NCBI GenBank assembly: GCA_031254575.1
Contig: JAIRUE010000024.1
Coordinates: 1 to 53,815 of the forward strand
DNA length: 53,815 bases
Direction: 5' to 3'
From: Oscillospiraceae bacterium
GTDB taxonomy: Bacteria > Bacillota > Clostridia > Oscillospirales > UBA929
Shown: piece after piece, positions 37,148 through 45,209 of the stretch
Layout: the number at the start of each line of letters is the position of its first letter
How positions within the stretch are numbered: position 1 is the stretch's first letter
The notes under the pieces: model-generated
The model's database searches: none
Told to the model about the DNA's origin: nothing
The model's input: the letters and a program-made list of their open reading frames with translations, nothing else
Made by a program: the position numbers and the translations under genes

Positions 37148-37174
37148 AAAAAAGGCCCCGCGGAGGGGCCTTTT
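37148..37174 (-). terminator. intrinsic terminator after the lipoprotein gene
   Basis: AAAAGGCCCC-gcgga-GGGGCCTTTT with a U-tract. Confidence 0.75.
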
Positions 37175-37208
37175 CGCGTCCGGCACGCCGGAACAGGCGG
37201 GGTTCGCG

Positions 37209-38381
37209 TCAAAAAACCATCGCGCTCATCATCAACTGCTGGAATATTTCCTCAAACGACAACGTTTTGCCGGTGGGGGCCGCGACGCGCTTCGTCGCCA
37301 CGGACGTCTCCACAGCCGCGCTGAGCGCCAGCAGGTCAAACGGCATCTCAAGGTCTTCGCCGGCGGGCATGGTGAACGAAACGGAGAGCTTTTGCTTTTT
37401 ATCCGTCCCCGTGCCCTTGGCGTCCACGCCGAACGTCAGGTCAAAGTCGGGGATTTCCGCGGGATCGGCGTCCTTGAGCTCGTCCTGAAGTTCACGGATG
37501 TCCTTTTGATACGTCTCAAAGTTCAAATCGCTGCCGTCGATTCCGGCCATGGCGCAAAACTCGCGCACAACCGCCGTGATCTCCGTCTCGTTTTCCGCGG
37601 CCGCGGTCAGGGCCGATTTCAGCAGCGACAGCAGGGACGCGGGATTCAGCGACAGGGTAAAGCTCCCGTTTTTGCCCTTGAGGACGTCGCCGGTCAGCAG
37701 TTTCGGAAGGAGTTTGCCCATCAGCCCGGACAGGGAGTCCAGCATCTTGAGCGCGGCGTCCGTCATCTCACTGTCAAACGCCTGATCCTGCGACGGCAGG
37801 TCAAAGTCCATATACGAGCCCATCATCTCGGCCAGCGTGGCCAGATCGACGGCGATATACTCGCAGTCGAGCATGGCAAGAACCGTACCCGCTTCCTCGG
37901 GCAGTTCGAGATCCCCGATGTATTGAAGAATCTCGGTGCTTATGTAAACTACCTCGTCCGTGTAAATGACCGTCATCACGGGTTCGGACTTCCGCCCCTC
38001 GCCGAGCCAGCCGAGAGACAGCAGCGCCGTTCCCTCATAGACCTCCAGCGTCAGCGTCAGGCCCAGTTCAGTGCCCAGCAGGAAATCCTCCATCGATTTG
38101 CCCGTATAATCGCCGGCGGACGACATGGCTTTGCTGATCAGCTGCTTGAGCGACACCGGTTTGGCGTTGGCGGAGAACCGGACGGACATCGTGATCTCGC
38201 TCCGCACGTTGGACTCGCCGCTCATATGGGTGAGGGCGTCCGTAAAATCCTTGACGGAAACCGTATCGCCGCCGCCCGGCTGCTCATCGTCGTCCGGAGC
38301 CGCCGCGCACGCGCTGAGAGCGAATGTGAGAAAAGCCGCCAGCAGCAGGGCCGTCACGCGTTTCCAATTTACTCTTTTCAT
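37209..38381 (-). CDS. lipoprotein of unknown function
   Basis: Signal peptide with lipobox LSAC; own promoter TTGACA-18-TATAGT at 38406-38435. Confidence 0.8.
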   Translation of the reverse strand: MKRVNWKRVTALLLAAFLTFALSACAAAPDDDEQPGGGDTVSVKDFTDALTHMSGESNVRSEITMSVRFSANAKPVSLKQLISKAMSSAGDYTGKSMEDFLLGTELGLTLTLEVYEGTALLSLGWLGEGRKSEPVMTVIYTDEVVYISTEILQYIGDLELPEEAGTVLAMLDCEYIAVDLATLAEMMGSYMDFDLPSQDQAFDSEMTDAALKMLDSLSGLMGKLLPKLLTGDVLKGKNGSFTLSLNPASLLSLLKSALTAAAENETEITAVVREFCAMAGIDGSDLNFETYQKDIRELQDELKDADPAEIPDFDLTFGVDAKGTGTDKKQKLSVSFTMPAGEDLEMPFDLLALSAAVETSVATKRVAAPTGKTLSFEEIFQQLMMSAMVF

Positions 38382-38444
38382 TTATACCCCTTCTTTCCAT
38401 AGCACACTATACCCCATATCAGCCCATCCTGTCAAGAAAAAACA

Positions 38445-40265
38445 TTACCCCTCATCCCCCGGGGCGCCGGCCGGCTCCTCCGTCTGCTCCGGCTCTTCCG
38501 ACGCCTCCGCCGGAGCGGGTTCCGGCGCGGGGTCGTCCACAGGCTCTGCGGCGACCGGCAGAAGCGGCTGCGGCAGGGCGCCTATGTCGACGGAGGTGAA
38601 GCTGAATTTGCCGTTTTTCTCCGTGACAGCCTTGAGTTTGCCGCCCGTCACCGCGCCGTAAAGCGTCACGCGGTCGTTATTGCCCGCCAGCGGCACGGCG
38701 AACGGCTCGCCGCCCTCCCACACGCCGTATACCGCGCCGTTGGCCGCCTCATGCCAGAAAACCAGCAGGGACCCGTCCACGGTATAGCAGCCCAGCGGCC
38801 GCGCGCCGGACCCCGGGGGGGCCGCCAGCAACAGCTCCGGTTCGCCGGACGCCTTGCCATCCGCGAGCAGGCGGCGGTATAGGTCCTCCCCGCCGTCCCC
38901 CGCCACGGCATAGAGCAGCCATATTTTGCCGTCGTCATAGGTCAGGGCGGGGTACCGCGCGTCGACGCCGGACGGCGTGACCAGGCCGCCATAATACATT
39001 TTGCCCGACGCCAGGCGGTTTGTGAAAATCACGATCCCTTTCTGCCTGTTAAAACTGTCCACGGCGAGGTAGGTTCTCCTTCTGTCGGGGTCGGGGTCGC
39101 AGGCCGCCGCGATAAAGCTGTTTTTGGAAACCCTGCCCGTATAGTTGCTGTACACGCCCTGCACAATGTAAGAGTTGCCGGAATACCAGTCAATGCCGCC
39201 TTCGCGCGGCTGGTAGAAATACAGCTTGGACGAGCCCGAATGCTGCATGACCGCCGTCCGCGACGCGGTGATCTCGGACAGCTTCTTCTGGCTGGGGATG
39301 TTATACGGCTTCTGATCGGGGTTTTTCTCCGCCGTCACCGCCTCCGGGATCTCCTCATCCGGGCGGAGCAGGCGCGCGTGGACGGCAAAGCGCATGTCCT
39401 CGTGCGTATAGTCGCAGGTGGACAGCGTCAGGATGCGGTCGTCCTCATCGACGTCCACGTCGGTGACAAACAGGCTGCGCGCCCTGATCTCCTCCAAAAG
39501 CTCCGAAAACCCGTCCCGGTCCATGCTGGTCTCGATGTACCCCCAGTCCGGCTCGCAGACATAGGCCGCGAACACCACCCAGACGCTCTCCCCGGTCAGG
39601 CCGTCCAGAACGACGACCGGGGCCTTTTGGAAGGTGGCGGCCTCCCTGTATTTCTGCAAATTGGCGAACATCGCGCCGCCTTTGATATTGTGCCCGAACA
39701 GCACGCTGTTTTTGTCCAGCAGCAGGCGGTTGTTTACCCAGCTCAGAAAGATGGTGCCCACATCCGAAGTTCTGCCGTCAAACGTGAGGCTCAGGTATTT
39801 GTCGTTGTCGCCCGCCTGCACGTAAGGCGTTTCCCCGATCAGCCCGGGGATGCTCACCATGCCGAGCCAGTCGGGGTTGACGGCGAGAATCTCCGCGTAA
39901 GTCTCCCGCCCCTTTTCCTCCTCCGCCAGCAGCCTCTTATACTCCTTATACCACGCGGACTCTTCCTTCTCCTCCTCCACCGGAGCGGCGGACGGCGCGT
40001 CAGACGGCGGTACGGCCTCCCCCTCCAACCCCGGCGGGGACGCCTCCGCCCACGGCGGGTTGGACTTGGCGTTCACAAACATGTCTCTGACGGTATCCTC
40101 AACGCGCCTCTGCGCGTGTATCTGCCAAAAATAATGCCCCAGATAGATAAGCGACGCGGCCATGACGCATATACACAGCGCCAAAGCCGCCCAAAGCAGC
40201 TTCTTATTGCCGAAAACCGGCTTTTTCCCTTCCAGACGGCTGCCGTTCACAAGCAATCCCCCCAA
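38445..40265 (-). CDS. srtB: class B sortase with long C-terminal extension
   Basis: N-terminal TM; NPDWLG, DNDKYL, FGHN, TLSTCDY, RFAVHA; about 280 extra residues after the catalytic domain. Confidence 0.88.
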   Translation of the reverse strand: MGGLLVNGSRLEGKKPVFGNKKLLWAALALCICVMAASLIYLGHYFWQIHAQRRVEDTVRDMFVNAKSNPPWAEASPPGLEGEAVPPSDAPSAAPVEEEKEESAWYKEYKRLLAEEEKGRETYAEILAVNPDWLGMVSIPGLIGETPYVQAGDNDKYLSLTFDGRTSDVGTIFLSWVNNRLLLDKNSVLFGHNIKGGAMFANLQKYREAATFQKAPVVVLDGLTGESVWVVFAAYVCEPDWGYIETSMDRDGFSELLEEIRARSLFVTDVDVDEDDRILTLSTCDYTHEDMRFAVHARLLRPDEEIPEAVTAEKNPDQKPYNIPSQKKLSEITASRTAVMQHSGSSKLYFYQPREGGIDWYSGNSYIVQGVYSNYTGRVSKNSFIAAACDPDPDRRRTYLAVDSFNRQKGIVIFTNRLASGKMYYGGLVTPSGVDARYPALTYDDGKIWLLYAVAGDGGEDLYRRLLADGKASGEPELLLAAPPGSGARPLGCYTVDGSLLVFWHEAANGAVYGVWEGGEPFAVPLAGNNDRVTLYGAVTGGKLKAVTEKNGKFSFTSVDIGALPQPLLPVAAEPVDDPAPEPAPAEASEEPEQTEEPAGAPGDEG

Positions 40266-40286
40266 AGCGGCGGCATCTTTTTACTC

Positions 40287-40315
40287 AGCATACCACGAAC
40301 GCCCCCGAATGTCAA
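40287..40315 (-). promoter_or_regulatory. promoter of the sortase gene
   Basis: TTGACA-17 bp-TATGCT. Confidence 0.6.
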
Positions 40316-40330
40316 ACCGGAATGGGCGGC

Positions 40331-40362
40331 AAAAAAGCCCCGTGCCAAACACAGGGCTTTTT
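40331..40362 (-). terminator. intrinsic terminator
   Basis: AAAAAAGCCC.GTG...CAC.GGGCTTTTT. Confidence 0.7.
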
Positions 40363-40375
40363 ATTGCGCCGTCCT

Positions 40376-40993
40376 TTACGCTTTGACTTTGCGGGCGATG
40401 AATACGGTCGCGCCGCCCGCGAGGGCGAGGGCCGCGAGAGCGAATGCGATCATCGCGCCGTCGCCGGTCTTGGCGCCGGCCGGGGGATCGCCTTCGTAAA
40501 TCTTAATACTTGTGACGACAAAGTCCGCGGTAGGAGGATCGACCGTCGCCAGCCGCACGCCTCTCTGACCGCCGCCCGAGAACTCGGAACCCTTGCCTTT
40601 ATAAGTCAGGGTCAGTTTTGCGCCGCGCTCGGAAGCGAGTACGCCATACGGGCTGTCGGTATTGCGGATGGCAAATTCCGCTTCGGCGTCAGCGCTAAAG
40701 CCTACAATGATCGTGTAGTCTTTGTCCGCGTCCGCGAAAACTTCCGCTCTAATATCAAGGGCGTTCCAGTCGGCAGTCCTGCCGGAAATCTTAATGCCGC
40801 CGCCCTCTTTGGAGAAAGGAGGACTTCCGGCAGCCCGAAGGCCCTCGGTTTCGGCAGAGGGGTTGGCGATGAACGCGTCCACTTCTTTCGCGGTCATCTC
40901 ATAGACAAGGTCGCCGCCGGCCGCGAGGGCGGGGACGGTAAACGCGGCGATCAGCAAGACAGCCGTCACAAGGGACAGAACCGTCTTTTTCAT
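40376..40993 (-). CDS. secreted cell-wall-anchored protein 1 (GAKTGD sorting signal; CBM-like domain)
   Basis: Sec signal MKKTVL...PALA; C-terminal AKTGD-hydrophobic-RKVKA; GGAGG RBS. Confidence 0.85.
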   Translation of the reverse strand: MKKTVLSLVTAVLLIAAFTVPALAAGGDLVYEMTAKEVDAFIANPSAETEGLRAAGSPPFSKEGGGIKISGRTADWNALDIRAEVFADADKDYTIIVGFSADAEAEFAIRNTDSPYGVLASERGAKLTLTYKGKGSEFSGGGQRGVRLATVDPPTADFVVTSIKIYEGDPPAGAKTGDGAMIAFALAALALAGGATVFIARKVKA

Positions 40994-41058
40994 GGGGATA
41001 CCTCCTTCATAATCTGCTGCCATTACAGAAAAACCCGCAAAGCGGGCTTTTCTGTAAG

Positions 41059-41622
41059 TTACGCTTTGACTTTGCGGGCGATGAGTACGGTCGCGCCGCC
41101 CGCGAGGACGAGGGCCATGAGAGCGAAGGCGATCATCGCGCCGTCGCCGGTCTTGGCGGAACCGCCGCCGCCAGTGACAAGATACGCCTTGGTGATGCCC
41201 AGATCGGCGATATTACTGGAGTAGTAACCAAGAAAGAATTTCGCCTTTGTGGCGTCTTTGAGGGCGCTGAAGCCTTTCATCTTGGTCAAATCAATATCGA
41301 TGCTGGTTGCGTCCAGGCCGGTATCGGGGATAGCGCCGTCGTTCTGGTTCCACGCATAGTTATCTCCGTCGGATTGGATGATGAACTGCATCCCGCCGGC
41401 CGGAGGAGCGGAGAACTCAAGATGGAGCGTTGTGGCGGACCTCAGCTGCTCAATGGTCAGGGAGCTGGCAATGTCGTCCATTCCGTCTGTGACCCAACCT
41501 TTTTGCGTGTCGCTGTTGGTGACATTCATCGCGCCCAGATCGATATTCGCGGCGAGAGCCGGAAAAGCGAACACAGCGATCAGTACGAGCGCTAACGAGA
41601 GGGAAAGGATTGCTTTTTTCAT
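41059..41622 (-). CDS. secreted cell-wall-anchored protein 2 (SAKTGD)
   Basis: MKKAIL...PALA; GGGGSAKTGDGAMIAFAL...ARKVKA; followed by a hairpin at about 41029-41053. Confidence 0.85.
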   Translation of the reverse strand: MKKAILSLSLALVLIAVFAFPALAANIDLGAMNVTNSDTQKGWVTDGMDDIASSLTIEQLRSATTLHLEFSAPPAGGMQFIIQSDGDNYAWNQNDGAIPDTGLDATSIDIDLTKMKGFSALKDATKAKFFLGYYSSNIADLGITKAYLVTGGGGSAKTGDGAMIAFALMALVLAGGATVLIARKVKA

Positions 41623-41686
41623 AGGGATACCTCCTTCAAAACATGCTAACATAAAAGGCCCGCTTTGCGGGCCTTTTATTTGATTG

Positions 41687-42259
41687 TTACGCTTTGACTT
41701 TACGGGCGATGAATACGGTCGCGCCGCCCGCAAGGGCGAGGGCCACAAGAGCGAGGGCGATCATCGTGCCGTCGCCGGTCTTGGCGGAACCGCCGCCGCC
41801 GCCGCCGACAACCGCATACGCCTTGGTGATGCCGAGGTCCGCGATATTGCTGTCGTAGTAGGCAATCAATACCTTAGCCCTGATGTCGGCCGCGTCCCAT
41901 TTCCAGTCTTTCATCTTGCTGAGGTCAAAGGTGATCTTGCCGTCCGCGTAAACGTCGGCGACACTCATGTTGTTATCCTGCCACCAGCCGGCCGGGGTCT
42001 GAAGAATGAGATGGATGTCGGCTCCGATGGGCTCTTTGGAGACTTCCAGCACGATAGCGGTCGCTTTGTAAAGATCCGCGGCGTCAATGTTTTTCTCCGC
42101 GCCCTCATCCTCAAACCCTTCGGTGGCCCAGCCCTGCTGGGTGTCGCCGTTGGAAACGGGGGTGTCCGCGGGAAGGCTGATATTCGCGGCGAGAACCGGA
42201 AGGGCGAGCATAGCGATAAGTACGAGAGCCACAGCGAGAGAAAGGAATGCTTTTTTCAT
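41687..42259 (-). CDS. secreted cell-wall-anchored protein 3 (SAKTGD), paralog of protein 2
   Basis: Shares DTQxGWxTxG, DLxKMK and YYxSNIADLGITKAY with protein 2; followed by hairpin ATAAAAGGCCCGC...GCGGGCCTTTTAT at 41651-41679. Confidence 0.85.
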   Translation of the reverse strand: MKKAFLSLAVALVLIAMLALPVLAANISLPADTPVSNGDTQQGWATEGFEDEGAEKNIDAADLYKATAIVLEVSKEPIGADIHLILQTPAGWWQDNNMSVADVYADGKITFDLSKMKDWKWDAADIRAKVLIAYYDSNIADLGITKAYAVVGGGGGGSAKTGDGTMIALALVALALAGGATVFIARKVKA

Positions 42260-42427
42260 AAATGCTTCCTCCTTGATATTATTGCGTGTTTCAAAAACCG
42301 TACTTTTTTGAAACACCCTTACACTTGCGCACAGTGTATCACGCGCGCGGTTTCCATGTCAAGCATTTATTCACAGTTTCTTAAAAATTTTCTCCCCGCG
42401 GCCACGAATTATGTAAACCGCCCGCCA

Positions 42428-42670
42428 TCACTTGACTTCCTGCTCCAGACGGTCAAATTCGTCCGTCCGGAAAAACTCTCCGAGTGTGACGCCGAATCCG
42501 TCACACAGCATTTTAATCGTTATTATTTTTGGGTTGCGGCTTTTTCCATAGAGGACATTTTTGACAGACGAGGGCGGCAGCGCGGACAAAGCGGCCAGCT
42601 TATTGATCGTGATGCTGCGCTCCTCACAGAGCTGTAAAATCCGGTTGCGGATCGCCGTGACAGTGTTCAT
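42428..42670 (-). CDS. XRE-family HTH regulator
   Basis: RILQLCEERSITINKLA..SALPPSSVKN...NPKIITIKMLCDGFGVTLGEFF; GGAGG RBS. Confidence 0.9.
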   Translation of the reverse strand: MNTVTAIRNRILQLCEERSITINKLAALSALPPSSVKNVLYGKSRNPKIITIKMLCDGFGVTLGEFFRTDEFDRLEQEVK

Positions 42671-42706
42671 GACATCACCTCCCGCCCCAAGCATACAGAA
42701 ATGGGT

Positions 42707-42758
42707 TTGACAATGTAGGCTATGCGTACTACTATCGTCTATGCATAGCCTACATTGT
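42707..42758 (+). promoter_or_regulatory. promoter overlapped by a perfect 16-bp inverted repeat (probable XRE operator)
   Basis: TTGACA(42707)-17-TACTAT(42730); ACAATGTAGGCTATGC(42710-42725)...GCATAGCCTACATTGT(42743-42758). Confidence 0.75.
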
Positions 42759-42777
42759 TATTTTGAGGTAAGAGTTT

Positions 42778-43257
42778 ATGACCATTGTTATGGCCTACTG
42801 CGTTTGTAAAAACCTGTACAACGATCCGGATACAAAGCACGATATATTCATGAGCACGACGGAGTATATATGCGGAAACAACGTGCCGACGTATCTTTAT
42901 ATCGGGAAAAACCTCAGTATCCGCTTGAGTAATCGGTTACGGTACGAGTTTAATATCAGCGGAGCTTTCGCAAACGAGCAGTTCATGCGCAAAAAAGCAC
43001 ACGGTGATAGCAAAACAAAACCGATAACCCGAAGTACATTTGAAAAAAGATTAAAGCGGTTCGACATACGTCAAACCGCCATTGAAACAGAGATAATAGA
43101 GGAATACTCATATGCCGGCAGGGACGGCAGTCCCGACGAAGTTAAAATTGCGATAAAAATGAAAGACGATGCCATGAGCGCGACAATTGATTTTAAGGAT
43201 ATACAGCAGTTCAAAAACTTCAGTCCCCCGGTATGGCTTATATCATTGAAAGAATAA
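42778..43257 (+). CDS. hypothetical protein with degenerate CYTH-like C-terminus
   Basis: AT-rich 159-aa ORF with GAGG RBS; ends SATIDFKDIQQFKNFSPPVWL. Confidence 0.6.
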   Translation: MTIVMAYCVCKNLYNDPDTKHDIFMSTTEYICGNNVPTYLYIGKNLSIRLSNRLRYEFNISGAFANEQFMRKKAHGDSKTKPITRSTFEKRLKRFDIRQTAIETEIIEEYSYAGRDGSPDEVKIAIKMKDDAMSATIDFKDIQQFKNFSPPVWLISLKE

Positions 43258-43263
43258 GGTAAA

Positions 43264-43335
43264 ATGTGCGTTTCCATGCGAAACACTCTCGCGGGTGGCA
43301 CGGCCGTATGCATCGCCCGTAAAGTCAAAGCGTAA
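43264..43335 (+). pseudogene. orphan remnant of the sorting-tail coding sequence, inverted relative to the paralogs
   Basis: ...LAGGTAVCIARKVKA*; DNA nearly identical to the 3' ends of 41687/41059/40376. Confidence 0.75.
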
Positions 43336-43346
43336 ACCCAAACATA

Positions 43347-43387
43347 ATAACAGGAGAAGCCCGCCGGCGGCGGGCTTCTCCTGTTAT
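43347..43387. terminator. 19-bp stem hairpin between convergent units
   Basis: ATAACAGGAGAAGCCCGCC-ggc-GGCGGGCTTCTCCTGTTAT. Confidence 0.75.
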
Positions 43388-43394
43388 GTCATTT

Positions 43395-45209
43395 TTACCC
43401 GGCGTTTTCAAACTGGGAGTTATACAGCTCCGCGTAGAACCCGCCCTTTGCCAACAGCTCCCCGTGGTTCCCGCTCTCCACGATGTCCCCGTCGCGCATG
43501 ACCAGGATCAGGTCCGCGTCGCGGATGGTGGACAGCCTGTGCGCGATGACAAACGAGGTGCGGCCTTTCATCAGCGCATCCATCGCCTTTTGAATAATGG
43601 CCTCGGTGCGGGTATCCACGCTGCTGGTCGCCTCGTCCAGAATGAGCAGCGGCGCGTTCTGGATCATGGCGCGCGCGATGGTGACGAGCTGACGCTGCCC
43701 CGCCGACAGGCTGGCCTTGTCGCCCAGCACGGTGTCGTAGCCGTCGGGCAGGGTCCGGATGAAATGGTGCAGGCCCACCGCCTTGCAGGCGGCGATCACC
43801 TGCTCGTCGGTGACGCCCTCTTTGCAGTAGACGATGTTTTCCCTGACGGTGCCCTCAAAGAGCCACGTATCCTGCAATACCATGCAGAACTGCTCGTGCA
43901 CGTTTTCCCGCCTGACCGTATGGATGGGAACGCCGTCCAGCAGGATCTCCCCGCCGTCCAGCTCATAGAAGCGCATCAGCAGGTTGACCATCGTCGTCTT
44001 GCCCGCCCCCGTCGGGCCGACGATGGCGATCTTCTGCCCGGCCCGCGCGTTTGCCGAAAAGTTATGGATGATCGGTTTTCCGGGGTCGTAGCCGAATTTG
44101 ACATTCCTGAAGTCCACATGGCCCTCAAGCGTTCCGAGCGCCGTTGTCTTTCCGCTCTCGTCCTCCAGCTCCTCCTCGGCGAAGAACCCGAAGACGCGCT
44201 CGCCGGCGGCGGCGGCCCGCTGAAGGCTCTGCATAGCCTGCGCCATCTGGCTGAGCGGCTGGGTAAAGAAGCGTACGTACATCATAAACGCGACGATGAC
44301 GCCGAATGTGATCGTACCGTTCATCGCGAGCGCCGCGCCCACCACACAGACCATAACATACCCGAAGTTGCCCACAAACAGCATCATCGGCATCATCAGG
44401 CCGGACAGAAACTGGGATTTCCAGCCGCTCTCATACAGGCCGCCGTTGATCTTCTCAAACGTCTCCCCGGCCGCCCGGCCGCCGTTGTACGCTTTGACGA
44501 CGTTATGGCCCGAGTATATCTCCTCGATATGCCCGTTGATGTCGCCAAGCCCCTGCTGCTGCAAGGCGAAATACTTCTGGGATTTCGCCATGATGAACGT
44601 CATCATCAAAAATCCGAGCAGCGAGGAGGCGACGGCGGTCAGCGCCAGAATCCAGTTGTTGTAAAACATCATCACCAGCGAGCCTAGAAACAGCGTGACG
44701 GCGCTGACCAGATTGGCGACGCTCTGGTTCATCGTCATGCCGATGGCGTCGACGTCGTTGGTGACGCGGCTGATCACGTCCCCGTAGCTTGTTTTGTCAA
44801 AATATTTGAACGGGAGCCTGTCGATCTTGCCGGCGATTCCGGCGCGCAATCCTTTGGTGACGCGGGCCGTCACGGTCGCCATGATGAAATTCTGCGAAAA
44901 GCCGAGCAGGGCCATGCCGCAGAGAAATCCGATCATGACGGCGGCGATGTTTTTAACGGCGTCCATGTCAATGGAGCCGGCGGTGAAGATCCTCCCGATC
45001 TCCTCGGCGAGCAGCTTGAGCCGGTCGGGCATAAGGATCTGGCAGACCGTCCCGCCCGCCGCCGCGGCCAGCGCGACGGCGATCGCGGGGAGGTATTTCC
45101 CGCAATACCGTATCAGATCACGCATGGACTTCTTAAAGTCCATCGCCTTTTCGCCGGAGCCCGCCGCCGCGCCGCGCCTGCCGCCCGCGCCCCTTCCATG
45201 CCGCATCAT
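43395..45209 (-). CDS. ABC exporter half-transporter (TMD+NBD), subunit B
   Basis: GPTGAGKT, LSAGQRQ, LILDEATSSVD, IAHRLSTI. Confidence 0.93.
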   Translation of the reverse strand: MMRHGRGAGGRRGAAAGSGEKAMDFKKSMRDLIRYCGKYLPAIAVALAAAAGGTVCQILMPDRLKLLAEEIGRIFTAGSIDMDAVKNIAAVMIGFLCGMALLGFSQNFIMATVTARVTKGLRAGIAGKIDRLPFKYFDKTSYGDVISRVTNDVDAIGMTMNQSVANLVSAVTLFLGSLVMMFYNNWILALTAVASSLLGFLMMTFIMAKSQKYFALQQQGLGDINGHIEEIYSGHNVVKAYNGGRAAGETFEKINGGLYESGWKSQFLSGLMMPMMLFVGNFGYVMVCVVGAALAMNGTITFGVIVAFMMYVRFFTQPLSQMAQAMQSLQRAAAAGERVFGFFAEEELEDESGKTTALGTLEGHVDFRNVKFGYDPGKPIIHNFSANARAGQKIAIVGPTGAGKTTMVNLLMRFYELDGGEILLDGVPIHTVRRENVHEQFCMVLQDTWLFEGTVRENIVYCKEGVTDEQVIAACKAVGLHHFIRTLPDGYDTVLGDKASLSAGQRQLVTIARAMIQNAPLLILDEATSSVDTRTEAIIQKAMDALMKGRTSFVIAHRLSTIRDADLILVMRDGDIVESGNHGELLAKGGFYAELYNSQFENAG

